Source: a virus. Taken from it: a stretch of DNA of 64,000 bases. Of this stretch, positions 48,801 to 57,746 are shown one piece after another. The position numbers and the translations under genes are program-made. The first letter of the stretch is position 1. Each line of letters begins with the position of its first letter. The DNA is taken from positions 4,098 through 68,097 of the IMG/VR virus record IMGVR_UViG_3300028030_000012. One strand, given 5' to 3'. The notes below the pieces were generated by a model. That model ran no database searches, had not been told where the DNA came from, and was given only the letters and a program-made list of their open reading frames with translations.

Positions 48801-50454
48801 CGATTTTTACAACAATCTTATAATAAATTCAGGCAGTATTAACTCCAAAGAAGGGGTGGCCTCTATGTACCAATATCTATTAGATTGTGGAGGGGCTTCT
48901 ATAGAGGATTCTAATGTTGTAGATAACTGTCATGGGTATATGTTTAGGTCTAATACAGGTACTGTGTTTCAACTTGGGTATCATTACAATGGGTATACTC
49001 ATATAATGAGAGATTGTACTAGTACTAATGGGGGAGTGCAATTACAAATGGCTGCTAATTGTGATGTACAGCGTAACACTTTTACTATACGCCCAACTTA
49101 CTATAGGGGACATTATGGTTACGGTGCGCCAGATTTCGTAATACTTAATCCTGTAGATACTCCCGATACTTATTTCTTCGACCATAATAATTACTATGAT
49201 TGGGCTTCTAAGACGTCTGGATTTCATGTACAAGGGGTTGAAAATGGTTATTGGGGAAATTTTGAAGGGTGGCAAACAGAGGAAGGGCATGATTTACATA
49301 GTGCTTATGCGTCCTATTCTGATTTTACTTTAATGCCAGATTCTATACATCTTTACCCTAACGCTCATGAGGGTAAAAGATGCAATGTTTTTATACACAA
49401 TAACAGCTTGTCTGCAAGCGTACCAGTAGATATTTCGTCAGTGTTTTCAAATGGGGATACTTATTATGTCTATGATTTAGAGAATTTAGAAGCCCCTATA
49501 ATGGAAGGGGTTTATAATAATTCTAACATTAATATTTCAACCAATCAGATTAAAAGTTTTCCTTATATTCGAAGTAAACATGTAGCCGAAGAAGCTACTC
49601 ATACTGGGGATGATTTCGGGGCATTTTTAATAATAGGGCGTAAATTAGAACTTCTACCTGAAAACAGTGAAGTTAATAATAATCCTATAGCAAGAAATGA
49701 TACTTCTTCGGTAGATAAAGGGGGGAGTGTAGTTTTAAATATAGTTAGTAATGACGAGGTAGTTGCAGAAGGTGCCTCTTTAGATGTAAACAGCATTGTA
49801 ATTACTGAAGTAGTAGCTGGTTCTGTTGTAGATAATGGTAACGGAACTGTGACCTTTACTCAAGATGGTTCTGCAGTAAGTCTGGGCGGGTTCTTCTATA
49901 CTATTGAGGACAGTCTAGGAAATGTCTCAAATAAAGCGTATGTTTCTATAACTGTCAATCCAGATATACCTGATGATATTATATCTTCTGATCAAGAACT
50001 TACTGACTATATTAATACAGGGGGAACCCCTGGAGATGTAAAATATTTGTCAGGTACTTTTACACAAACACATAATATTTCTATAGACGGTACAGGGGAA
50101 AATACAATCTCTTTTTTGGCTTATGCTTCAGCCCCTCCTGTAATGCAAGGCAAAACTATTATAAGTGGTAGTTACATTGTAATGGACAATATTACATTTG
50201 AAGATGAAGTAGAATTGCATGGGTTTGTTACAATCAGCAACTGTAATTTTAATGCTAACGCTGGAAATTTTATATACAATCTTGTATTCCCTGCTAATGA
50301 TTGGAGAGGCTATTATTTACAAATAGACAGTAATACTTATAATGTAAGACCTGACACAAAATTTACAGGGGTCGCTTGGCAGGAAAATTGGTCAGGTTAT
50401 AATGCAAGATTTCCTAAATTTGATAATAATAGTATTTTTCAAATACTGCCTTAA
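45886..50454 (+). CDS. large fibre/adhesin: Ig-like x2, PKD plus DUF285-like x2, beta-helix, cadherin-like
   Basis: VDWGDG and INWGDG; ELDTSKWNV-type repeats; HGMYFE..VYDNVI beta-helix; PIARND. Confidence 0.72.
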   Translation: MKHDLTGPRAVTIRMYPTEDRFPFDFNIGMEDNWWLTEEELGLQYLFLNSEGKNEHVHAEDEDATITRWYRCPNTDVANVQLIASGNNIDRYILTNDDVGYYMVASVEVVTKAGVHGPEVFSDFSDKKVRLRPSDTPECFNVFISGTPMVNRVMTLDYRYKDLSLSEEQWKTNKTPHTEIKWYLADDAVGTNATQINGETTKDYLPTTDIIGKYVAVSVTPANKLDRVGNEYFSEYIGVGMAETTEFITRWSNVSSVTLPLTPSGTYNFIVDWGDGNSDTITTWDAASKSHVYSSNGTYDISITGVLTHWSFRTGAHGDYSSHDGITEVVQWGNIPFRELSFQNCNNITSLSFDDFNGADFTNFGYGIYGMSSLTHFYSENLNTSRISNFSYFARNASKLEVVKSSRWAFSSVLNIANMFVQNSELIELDTSKWNVYKAEVAYNAFTHLAKLEYIDTRDWITHKIPINDRHNPTFGGAFSNNPLLKGHFPSKNWWYNFYFPEEYIKNTFLGSPSLVNYNEIPVKCGGAYHPETFEMEVLISESGTVFTLPAYSSSNDFVINWGDGSDTESVTGVNPSHTYMLIGRFTITIKGTMPAFGFKGGFGVEKVIKINQVGDVGLTQVEGFVQGAVRLMYANISSLPNSITDLSYFFDGCAYLNTVDTGNLIFDNVVNFRNFVSGCHSLVSMDTSLWVLSSNPVMTEFAKNASLFTTSLNSTAFWGNVGIVTYTDAFTNCNGNLNWANVPESWGGEAGAINPTYPNGVYTVPYGRSNADGTAGNPYGVKDILEDNVLAGSNVFFRRGYYINESFDFKIGGTSGSTIHMQAYNNEQVIFVLWQSNIVLGDFIELKDVIVTYPENLKSVKYAWDDPLVPIDGGFAVLKGEESAIVNCILYDSTGLHSPVSSVNPLVYGNILFYGGTHDGTVNQSNYGREHGMYFENGVGSRMQVYDNVIMHFFGNGIQYYSDGGAQVYGSDFYNNLIINSGSINSKEGVASMYQYLLDCGGASIEDSNVVDNCHGYMFRSNTGTVFQLGYHYNGYTHIMRDCTSTNGGVQLQMAANCDVQRNTFTIRPTYYRGHYGYGAPDFVILNPVDTPDTYFFDHNNYYDWASKTSGFHVQGVENGYWGNFEGWQTEEGHDLHSAYASYSDFTLMPDSIHLYPNAHEGKRCNVFIHNNSLSASVPVDISSVFSNGDTYYVYDLENLEAPIMEGVYNNSNINISTNQIKSFPYIRSKHVAEEATHTGDDFGAFLIIGRKLELLPENSEVNNNPIARNDTSSVDKGGSVVLNIVSNDEVVAEGASLDVNSIVITEVVAGSVVDNGNGTVTFTQDGSAVSLGGFFYTIEDSLGNVSNKAYVSITVNPDIPDDIISSDQELTDYINTGGTPGDVKYLSGTFTQTHNISIDGTGENTISFLAYASAPPVMQGKTIISGSYIVMDNITFEDEVELHGFVTISNCNFNANAGNFIYNLVFPANDWRGYYLQIDSNTYNVRPDTKFTGVAWQENWSGYNARFPKFDNNSIFQILP

Positions 50455-50951
50455 TGAGAACTTTAAAAATGGATAATAAGGATGAGAAGTTAATGAATGA
50501 AAAATTCGAAGGGGTTTATCGTTCATTCGAAGATAATTTCAGTAATATAGTAGGTAAGTTAGATGAGGTAATTAAACATCAAAAAATAACAAATGGCAGA
50601 GTAACGGCTCTTGAAACAAATCATATTATAGATGTGTCAGAAAGAAGGAGAATGACAGACACATTAAACAAGGTGGTTACAACTTTGGATAGCTTAGCAG
50701 ATAAGATTGCGGTTTTAGATAAAGACAGGGCTGTTAATGAACTGAACCATGTGAGCATAAAAGAGGATTTAAAAACTATTACAGAAACTGTTAAAGAAGC
50801 CGATAAAAGAGGTATGGGGTTTTGGTTATGGTTCTCAGAAAGTAAGATACGTTTAGTAGCACTATTCTTCCCTGTTGTATTAGTATTATTCCCTTCTTCA
50901 AGAGACTGGATTATAGATATGGTTGGCAAATTATTTCTTAAAATGTTTTAA
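50454..50951 (+). CDS. coiled-coil protein with C-terminal TM (lysis-associated)
   Basis: TNGRVTALE motif; C-terminal hydrophobic helix. Confidence 0.6.
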   Translation: MRTLKMDNKDEKLMNEKFEGVYRSFEDNFSNIVGKLDEVIKHQKITNGRVTALETNHIIDVSERRRMTDTLNKVVTTLDSLADKIAVLDKDRAVNELNHVSIKEDLKTITETVKEADKRGMGFWLWFSESKIRLVALFFPVVLVLFPSSRDWIIDMVGKLFLKMF

Positions 50952-51202
50952 TGATGGATAAATTTATAGATAAAATAAACAAAGGGCTTAGTAAATGTAC
51001 TGAAGTTTTAGAGGAAGATAATGGAAGATTAAGCATGACTAGGTTGGTGGTATTATTTGTCACTGCTTTTGTAATGTTTGAGACACACAAGCTTTTAAAT
51101 GCTCCTGGTACTCAAATAATGGATGTTATTAAGTTCTTTACTTCTATTGAAGGTGTGGCATTAGGAGTTAAAGTGAGCCAGAAAATAGTTGAAAATAAAT
51201 AA
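50951..51202 (+). CDS. putative holin
   Basis: 83 aa, two hydrophobic segments, GRLSMTRL, next to the endolysin. Confidence 0.55.
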   Translation: MMDKFIDKINKGLSKCTEVLEEDNGRLSMTRLVVLFVTAFVMFETHKLLNAPGTQIMDVIKFFTSIEGVALGVKVSQKIVENK

Positions 51203-51203
51203 T

Positions 51204-51620
51204 ATGGTAAATGTTTATATAAAAAGAATAGAGGAGGGGAGTCAAGGTACTTTCGGTTATTTAGCGGTACCTCAAGTAGGGTTTAGTTGTTTCACAGCTG
51301 AATTGCCTTGGTTAGATAATGCACGTAATAAGTCATGTATACCTAAAGGTACCTATATTCTAGAGCCTTTTGATAGCCCTGACCATCCAAACGTGTATAA
51401 AGTAAAAGATGTTCCAGGTAGGGGGGCCATTCTAATTCATGTAGGTAACTACGCAGGGGATAAAGCCAAAGGGTATAAGACTGATTCTGATGGCTGCATA
51501 TTGCTAGGCAAATCCTTGGGGTATTTAGGGAGACAAAGGGCTGTGATAAGCAGCAGGGTAGCTATAAGAGAGTTTGTAAGAAAAGTCAAAAAGTACCCAT
51601 TAAAATTAATTATAGAATAA
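51204..51620 (+). CDS. putative endolysin (DUF5675, YkuD-like; start revised from 51189)
   Basis: TFGYL...SCIPKGTY...VPGR..ILIHVGN...DSDGCILLG. Confidence 0.8.
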   Translation: MVNVYIKRIEEGSQGTFGYLAVPQVGFSCFTAELPWLDNARNKSCIPKGTYILEPFDSPDHPNVYKVKDVPGRGAILIHVGNYAGDKAKGYKTDSDGCILLGKSLGYLGRQRAVISSRVAIREFVRKVKKYPLKLIIE

Positions 51621-51621
51621 A

Positions 51622-52230
51622 ATGGTATTAAGCGGATTAATAGGAGTGGTTACGGGGCTATTAGGGAATGTTGTGACTTCCTTCACTAACCTTAAAGCCC
51701 AACGGTTAAAGAACGAGCATGAAGAGAAGCTAATAGGACTTAAGACTACTGCAATGGTAGCAGAGACTGAAGCTACTATAAGAATTGCAAAAGCTAAGAT
51801 AACAGGGGCATTGGATAAACTAGAACAGTCCACCTATAAAACTAATATAGAAAAAGCTAATCAAAATATTTTAGAAAAGGGGGTTATACCTAAATTATTT
51901 GATAATAAGAGTACTAGATGGTTAGGTGCAGTACTTACATCTTTACTAGGACTTGTAGATGTAGTAAAGGGGTTTATAAGGCCCTCTCTTACCATATACT
52001 TAGTTATTTTGACTAGTTGGATAACCTATTACTCTGCTGAAATATTGACTGCTAAACAAGCTTTATTAGACGTTTCAGAAGCTTCAAGATTATTTGGGGA
52101 AGTAGTAGAGATAGTTATATACTTGACAGTATCAGTAGTAACCTGGTGGTTTGCAGATAGAAGGGTAGCTAAGTTCCTTAGTAGATTAGATGATGGTAAT
52201 ATAAAAAAGGTAGAAAATGATAAAAAATAA
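51622..52230 (+). CDS. multi-TM membrane protein (holin-like)
   Basis: IRPSLT and terminal WWFADR with TM helices. Confidence 0.6.
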   Translation: MVLSGLIGVVTGLLGNVVTSFTNLKAQRLKNEHEEKLIGLKTTAMVAETEATIRIAKAKITGALDKLEQSTYKTNIEKANQNILEKGVIPKLFDNKSTRWLGAVLTSLLGLVDVVKGFIRPSLTIYLVILTSWITYYSAEILTAKQALLDVSEASRLFGEVVEIVIYLTVSVVTWWFADRRVAKFLSRLDDGNIKKVENDKK

Positions 52231-54727
52231 TCCAGGGGGGTCTAAGAGTATTAGGCAGATAAAGTACCCTGCAGACGATACAGTCCTTAGATTTACTTCT
52301 AAAGATCATATAGGGGAAATTACTTTAGATAACATAACAGGGTATTTTAAATTCGAACCGGGCTTAGCTCCTGAAGAATTAGAAGGTTATGTTACCTTAG
52401 AGACGGTGCAGGAGATAACAGGGGAAAAATCTTTCGATACTACTACAGTTAAGTTTACAGGGGGGACCTCTTTAAAATGGTCTGACTTTGTAGATAATGG
52501 AATGTCTAGCCCTCAAGAGATAGTGTGTGAATTACGTAACGGTACTTCTGTAAACCCAGGGGATAATAAAGGGCGCCTTTTGCTCAATGACAAAGCTATA
52601 TTTACCGAGGATACCCTTAAAGGGGGTACGGGTATAACTATAGAACAAGCTATGGGGGCAGCTTCGTATACCTATACAATCTCTACTAATGCTCTGCAGT
52701 ATGTTGATCTAGAAACTGTGTACGGGCCTAATTCAATCACTGTGAGTACAGATGAGATGGGAGGCTATTTCACAGAAATACATTCCGCTACTACTTCTGT
52801 AGCAGGAGTAATGTCTGCTGCTGATAAGCAAAGTATAGGGGTTTTAAAAACAAATGGGGAAGGCAGTAAATACCTAAATGATAAAGGGGAGTATTTAGAA
52901 GTTTTACCTTATGTTAGCGGACCTATAAGTAAATTTAATACTGCAAATAATGAGGTTGTATTATGTAAGGTAAGTATGGTTTTGGGGGATTCCTTAAATG
53001 AGCATATTATTGTAGATTCTTCCTATGGTTCTTTTGATATAGCCTTGTCAATAAGGGATGCTAATATTTATGTAAGTGTTCGACAGACTATTACAAATAA
53101 TATTCATACACCTGCTATATATGTAAATAGGGAATATGATAACGGTATCAACTTAGAAGTAAAATACCACTCTGGTACAGGGACGTCAGAAGATGAAGTA
53201 AAGTATAAGGTACTAAACAGTGAAGCCCCAAGCGGCTCCGGCTTTTTGATAGAAAGGGGAAATGCTTTTATAAACAGCAGTGCAAATAATGAAAGCCACA
53301 TTACAGTATGGGATAGCGCAACTGCCCCTTTAGTTGCTACTTTAACTGATTTGGGTACTGGCTCTAATGTACTCGCAGATAATGGTACTTATGTAGATAT
53401 AAGTGGATTGGGGGGAGGTGACATGGCTAAGGCCACATATGACCCCACTAGTATAAACGCTTCCGCGTTTGATTATACTAATTTTATTAATACCCCTACT
53501 ATACCAGCTACTACAGATAATTTACCTGAGGGAGGATCTAATCTCTATTTTCAAAACAGCCGAGTAACTGCTAATCCTGAAGTAACCCTTAATACATATG
53601 CTCGACACTCTCACGCTAATAAAACTCTTTTAGATGCGTTAACAAGTTCAGGCGGGGGAAATAAATATCTTAATGATGCAGGAAATTATGTAGCAGTATC
53701 TGCAGGTTCAGGCTCTGCGGATTGGGGGAGTATAGGGGGTATAATAGCTAATCAAATAGATTTAAACCAGGCGTTTCCAGCCAAAGCTTCTACAGCTACT
53801 ATTTCAGGAACTAGATGGACTTTTCTTCATGATATTACTGTTAGTGGTAATATAGATAATTGGTTCTTCGATCTTTGGGAATGGGATGGTTTAAATAACG
53901 TACTTAAATGTAAACATAATTTATCCGCCTCTGGGGAAATAACAGCATTTGCTGAAGCTAACCCCCCCGATGTAAATTGGTGGAATAGTATGCCTTTGGC
54001 TACTAATATTTCAAATGGGGGTATAAAAGCTCAAACTACGTTTACTAATGGGATAAGGATAGGAGCTGGAGGATTTTTAGAAGTAGACCCTTCGTATTCA
54101 ACAAGTGGGGATGTAGATCAGACTCTTACATACGCGCATCCAAATCTCACCATTACAGGTAGTGGGGGCAATACAGTGACACTCACGCATACACATGCCA
54201 TAACAGAGGTAGATACACTGTCGGATGCCCTTACTAATAGACCTACTAGGTCTGGAAATTCTTATATTACAGGTAATTGGATATTCGGTAATGGACTTAC
54301 TATATCTAATGGGGCTAATATTACAGGTGGGCTTGTTTCAGAGAATAATATACATGCTTACGAAGATGTGGTTGTAGAAGGCAATATAACAGCTGAAGGA
54401 GAAATCACTGCTTTCTATGCTTCTGATAAACGTTTGAAACAAGGGGTTAAAACTATAGATAACGGTTTAAATATTGTAGAAAATTTAAGGCCGGTAGAGT
54501 TTAATTGGAATACAAAAGCTGTCGAATTAAATAATAATAAAGAGACTATAAGTTTGCAGGCAGGTTTAATAGCACAAGAGGTGGAGGAAGTATTACCGAA
54601 TATAGTAGGGTCAATGTATGTAGACTATAAGTCTTTGGATTATGTGCAATTAATCCCCTATTTAATAAACGCTGTGCAAGAACTTAGTAAAGAAGTTAAG
54701 GAATTAAAAAGAAGAGGCGATGAATAA
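52217..54727 (+). CDS. tail fibre with C-terminal intramolecular chaperone (Peptidase S74)
   Basis: SDKRLK...LRPVEFNW...GLIAQEVEEVLP...LINAVQEL. Confidence 0.85.
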   Translation: MIKNNPGGSKSIRQIKYPADDTVLRFTSKDHIGEITLDNITGYFKFEPGLAPEELEGYVTLETVQEITGEKSFDTTTVKFTGGTSLKWSDFVDNGMSSPQEIVCELRNGTSVNPGDNKGRLLLNDKAIFTEDTLKGGTGITIEQAMGAASYTYTISTNALQYVDLETVYGPNSITVSTDEMGGYFTEIHSATTSVAGVMSAADKQSIGVLKTNGEGSKYLNDKGEYLEVLPYVSGPISKFNTANNEVVLCKVSMVLGDSLNEHIIVDSSYGSFDIALSIRDANIYVSVRQTITNNIHTPAIYVNREYDNGINLEVKYHSGTGTSEDEVKYKVLNSEAPSGSGFLIERGNAFINSSANNESHITVWDSATAPLVATLTDLGTGSNVLADNGTYVDISGLGGGDMAKATYDPTSINASAFDYTNFINTPTIPATTDNLPEGGSNLYFQNSRVTANPEVTLNTYARHSHANKTLLDALTSSGGGNKYLNDAGNYVAVSAGSGSADWGSIGGIIANQIDLNQAFPAKASTATISGTRWTFLHDITVSGNIDNWFFDLWEWDGLNNVLKCKHNLSASGEITAFAEANPPDVNWWNSMPLATNISNGGIKAQTTFTNGIRIGAGGFLEVDPSYSTSGDVDQTLTYAHPNLTITGSGGNTVTLTHTHAITEVDTLSDALTNRPTRSGNSYITGNWIFGNGLTISNGANITGGLVSENNIHAYEDVVVEGNITAEGEITAFYASDKRLKQGVKTIDNGLNIVENLRPVEFNWNTKAVELNNNKETISLQAGLIAQEVEEVLPNIVGSMYVDYKSLDYVQLIPYLINAVQELSKEVKELKRRGDE

Positions 54728-55769
54728 AACTATTAATAGCTATACTGTCTTGGGGACGACATTCACTGCTGCAGATATACAGAGTAGGTCAAGTCATATT
54801 GGGGGAGAGGCAGTTGTTGGTAATGATGTAGCTGTAACAGATATTAAAATTTCTGAAGTAAGGAGTGTTTTAGGGGAATCTGTTAATAATTTAAAGGGGT
54901 TGAATCAATCAGCTAATATAAATAAATATAGTAATTTTAGCCCTTTCTCTATAGAAGCCCCTTTTAATAGTGTCGTGTTTAACAATACAGCTCCTTTTAA
55001 TTTGGGGGACTTTGCTTGTTATAATAAAGACGCGGTCACTCCTTCTATAGGAGTTGTAGGTGTGGAAGAAGGCGGTACTATACTCATACATCATTGTAAC
55101 TCACTTCCAGAATATGGTCTTATAGAAACGGATATTCATCTAGGGGAGATTGACTATGAAGGGCTGTATAACGGTGTAAACAGCTTTGTAGTACAGGTAG
55201 AATCTTTAGGTAAAGATGATGTTTTTCAACCTGCTATACTTGCGGATTTTACTAAAATTTCAAATAACGATATTCAAGTATCTACTTCTGTTACAATAGA
55301 TTTAGAAGGGGTCACTGAACTTTCTTCTAGAGAATATACTATGAGCGCCTATTTTACAGATGGGGGAAATAAAAAAATATATTTGCCAGCGGCCTCTTTT
55401 AGCTTTAATGTTAGAGCAAGAATAGACCATCCTACTATCGACTTAAATAATCCACCACCTTCTTGGCAAGATGAAGGGGAGTGCGTTACTGAAAGTTTAC
55501 TCGCATCTTGGGATGCTGTACTGCATTCAGGTCGTTACTTGCACGTGAATAATGTATATGTTATTGGCGAAGTTGCTGGAGAAGGAATGTCCAGAATGTA
55601 TAGTGGGGATGCAACTTTAAGAGTAATACTTGATGGGGGAACTCCTATAGTTAATACAGTCACTATTCAAAATGGAGGGGCTTTGAGTGAGGAACTCGTT
55701 ATTGATATGGGAGGATATGTTAATTGTACTGCAGAAGTAGAGTCTTCTATAACTTACACTTCTTGTTAA
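54720..55769 (+). CDS. tail-associated hypothetical protein
   Basis: INKYS..PF..PFNLGDFACY pattern; follows the fibre gene. Confidence 0.6.
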   Translation: MNKTINSYTVLGTTFTAADIQSRSSHIGGEAVVGNDVAVTDIKISEVRSVLGESVNNLKGLNQSANINKYSNFSPFSIEAPFNSVVFNNTAPFNLGDFACYNKDAVTPSIGVVGVEEGGTILIHHCNSLPEYGLIETDIHLGEIDYEGLYNGVNSFVVQVESLGKDDVFQPAILADFTKISNNDIQVSTSVTIDLEGVTELSSREYTMSAYFTDGGNKKIYLPAASFSFNVRARIDHPTIDLNNPPPSWQDEGECVTESLLASWDAVLHSGRYLHVNNVYVIGEVAGEGMSRMYSGDATLRVILDGGTPIVNTVTIQNGGALSEELVIDMGGYVNCTAEVESSITYTSC

Positions 55770-55787
55770 TAAAATAATTTTATAGAG

Positions 55788-56447
55788 ATGATATTTACAA
55801 CATTAAATACAATAGTGGAAGATATACTTAAGATTATACGGGGGAGTATAATTAATTCCACAGAACCTATATCGAGAAGGCAAATTGAAGACTGGGTACA
55901 TCAGTATAGGGCTCTCCTTATTAAACAGGATTTGGACAAAGGTTATTACCCTAACCCTGATTATATACAAGAACTTAATAATTTACTTGTAAATGATGAA
56001 GCTTCTCAAGGAGACTTCAAGACGGAATTGAAAATCCCTAAAACCCTTGATTTAAGGTACAAGAATGGCATTACTTGGGTAGGGAGATATACTCCGGGCA
56101 ATAATACGGTTTATGAACATACCCTGATACCTCAAAGTAGGTTCTTTTGGTCTAGGTTCAAACGCTATTCTTTTGGGGAAAATTATGCTTATCTAGAAGA
56201 GGGGTATATGCATATTACTAACCCAGGGATCACTCCTGCTTTCATTAGTATTAAAGGAGTATTTGAAAATCCTATGGAAGTAATGCTGATGAATAACCCT
56301 TCTGTAAATGGTGATTTTCCTTACCCTATTCCTAATAATAAACTTCCGGTATTAAAGAAAATGATTTTAGAAACAGAGTTAAAAATAGAGGCGGTAGTTC
56401 CTTCAGATGTAACAAATGATGACAAGCATAACCCTAAACCAGTTTAA
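55788..56447 (+). CDS. putative tail ring protein
   Basis: TLNTIVEDIL...QIEDWVHQYRALLIKQDLDK...GVFENP. Confidence 0.72.
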   Translation: MIFTTLNTIVEDILKIIRGSIINSTEPISRRQIEDWVHQYRALLIKQDLDKGYYPNPDYIQELNNLLVNDEASQGDFKTELKIPKTLDLRYKNGITWVGRYTPGNNTVYEHTLIPQSRFFWSRFKRYSFGENYAYLEEGYMHITNPGITPAFISIKGVFENPMEVMLMNNPSVNGDFPYPIPNNKLPVLKKMILETELKIEAVVPSDVTNDDKHNPKPV

Positions 56448-56449
56448 TA

Positions 56450-56923
56450 ATGTATTTCGGCAGAGGTAAGAATAAACATCAAAAACCCTATGTATTCAAG
56501 CACATGTATAAAGAGTATATTAAGGATAAGGAAGGGCCGTATGCTATTTCCTATAGTGACTTTGTAGATATATGTAATGAGTTTTATAAGGGTATAGCTG
56601 AGTATATTTTAGATGGGGGTCTTTATAAGCTTCCTTATAGACTTGGTGATATGTCAGTTATAAAAAAGAAACCTCGCTTGATGGATACTATAGCCACCCC
56701 AATAAATTGGGTTGAGACTAATAAGTTAGGGAAGCAAGTCCTAGAAAGCAACGATCACAGTGATTACTTTCGGTTTAGGTTTAAATGGACTAAAATGGGG
56801 GTAGCACAAGTAAAGCATATAAAAATGTATCAAGTTATTTTTACTCGTGCTAATAAAAGAAAGCTGGCTAAAATAATAAAATCAGGGGAATACGATTTCT
56901 TTGAAGAAGTTAAAATAATATAA
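56450..56923 (+). CDS. IHF/HU-like protein of the tail module
   Basis: KLPYRLG...INW.ET...FTRANKRKLAKII. Confidence 0.65.
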   Translation: MYFGRGKNKHQKPYVFKHMYKEYIKDKEGPYAISYSDFVDICNEFYKGIAEYILDGGLYKLPYRLGDMSVIKKKPRLMDTIATPINWVETNKLGKQVLESNDHSDYFRFRFKWTKMGVAQVKHIKMYQVIFTRANKRKLAKIIKSGEYDFFEEVKII

Positions 56924-56924
56924 T

Positions 56925-57746
56925 ATGATTTACAATAATGTATCGGTAAAGCAGGTTATTGCTAAAGTGTTCACCGATTATGATTTACATGAAGAAAGCC
57001 ATCGTATAGCGGATTATATAGAATGGGCTGGGGAAGCTCTAGAAAAAATAGGGGCCTTTCCACAACTAGAGATTAAAGTTACTGGTAAGGGCGGGGTTCC
57101 ACTACTCAAAATAGAGAACTATCAAGTAAGCCTGCCTGTTGGACTGTACGGTATAATACAAGCTGTGTATACCGCTAAAGAAGGGCAAGGGGCTTCTTAT
57201 CAACCTATGCAGTATGGTACAGGTAGTTTTGATGCTGTTAAAGGGGTGACTGTTCATAATACAGTTGATAATACTTACTCTACTAGAGATGAGACTTGTG
57301 GGGAAACTAGTAAAGCGTCCGGTATTACATATGTAGTAGCCGGGGGTTATTTAAAAACTAATGTTAGAGATGGTTATATAATGCTATCCTATACTTCAAT
57401 CCCTTTGGATGAAGAGGGTTACCCTAAGGTGCCCGATAACATGTCTTTCTTAGATGCCCTTTACTGGTATATTGTAATGAAGTCACTTTATCCTAAATGG
57501 GTCAATGGTACTATTCGTGATATGGTCTACTTTGAGGCAAGAAGGTCTTGGAATTACTATAGGAAACAAGCTTACGGAGAAGCTCTAATGCCACAAGGGG
57601 ATCAATTAGAATCTGTAAAAAATATATGGAATCAATTAATGCCAGAACTAGGGTCGGGTAAAGACTTTTACTCCAGTATAGGAGGGGAACAAGCTATTTA
57701 TAATCAAACTAATTGCAATGCAAAACATTATCCAGTCCTTTGCTAA
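56925..57746 (+). CDS. tail tubular/ring protein (P22 gp4-like)
   Basis: SVKQVIAKV..D...EWAGEALEKIG...P.DEEGYPKVPD. Confidence 0.75.
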   Translation: MIYNNVSVKQVIAKVFTDYDLHEESHRIADYIEWAGEALEKIGAFPQLEIKVTGKGGVPLLKIENYQVSLPVGLYGIIQAVYTAKEGQGASYQPMQYGTGSFDAVKGVTVHNTVDNTYSTRDETCGETSKASGITYVVAGGYLKTNVRDGYIMLSYTSIPLDEEGYPKVPDNMSFLDALYWYIVMKSLYPKWVNGTIRDMVYFEARRSWNYYRKQAYGEALMPQGDQLESVKNIWNQLMPELGSGKDFYSSIGGEQAIYNQTNCNAKHYPVLC

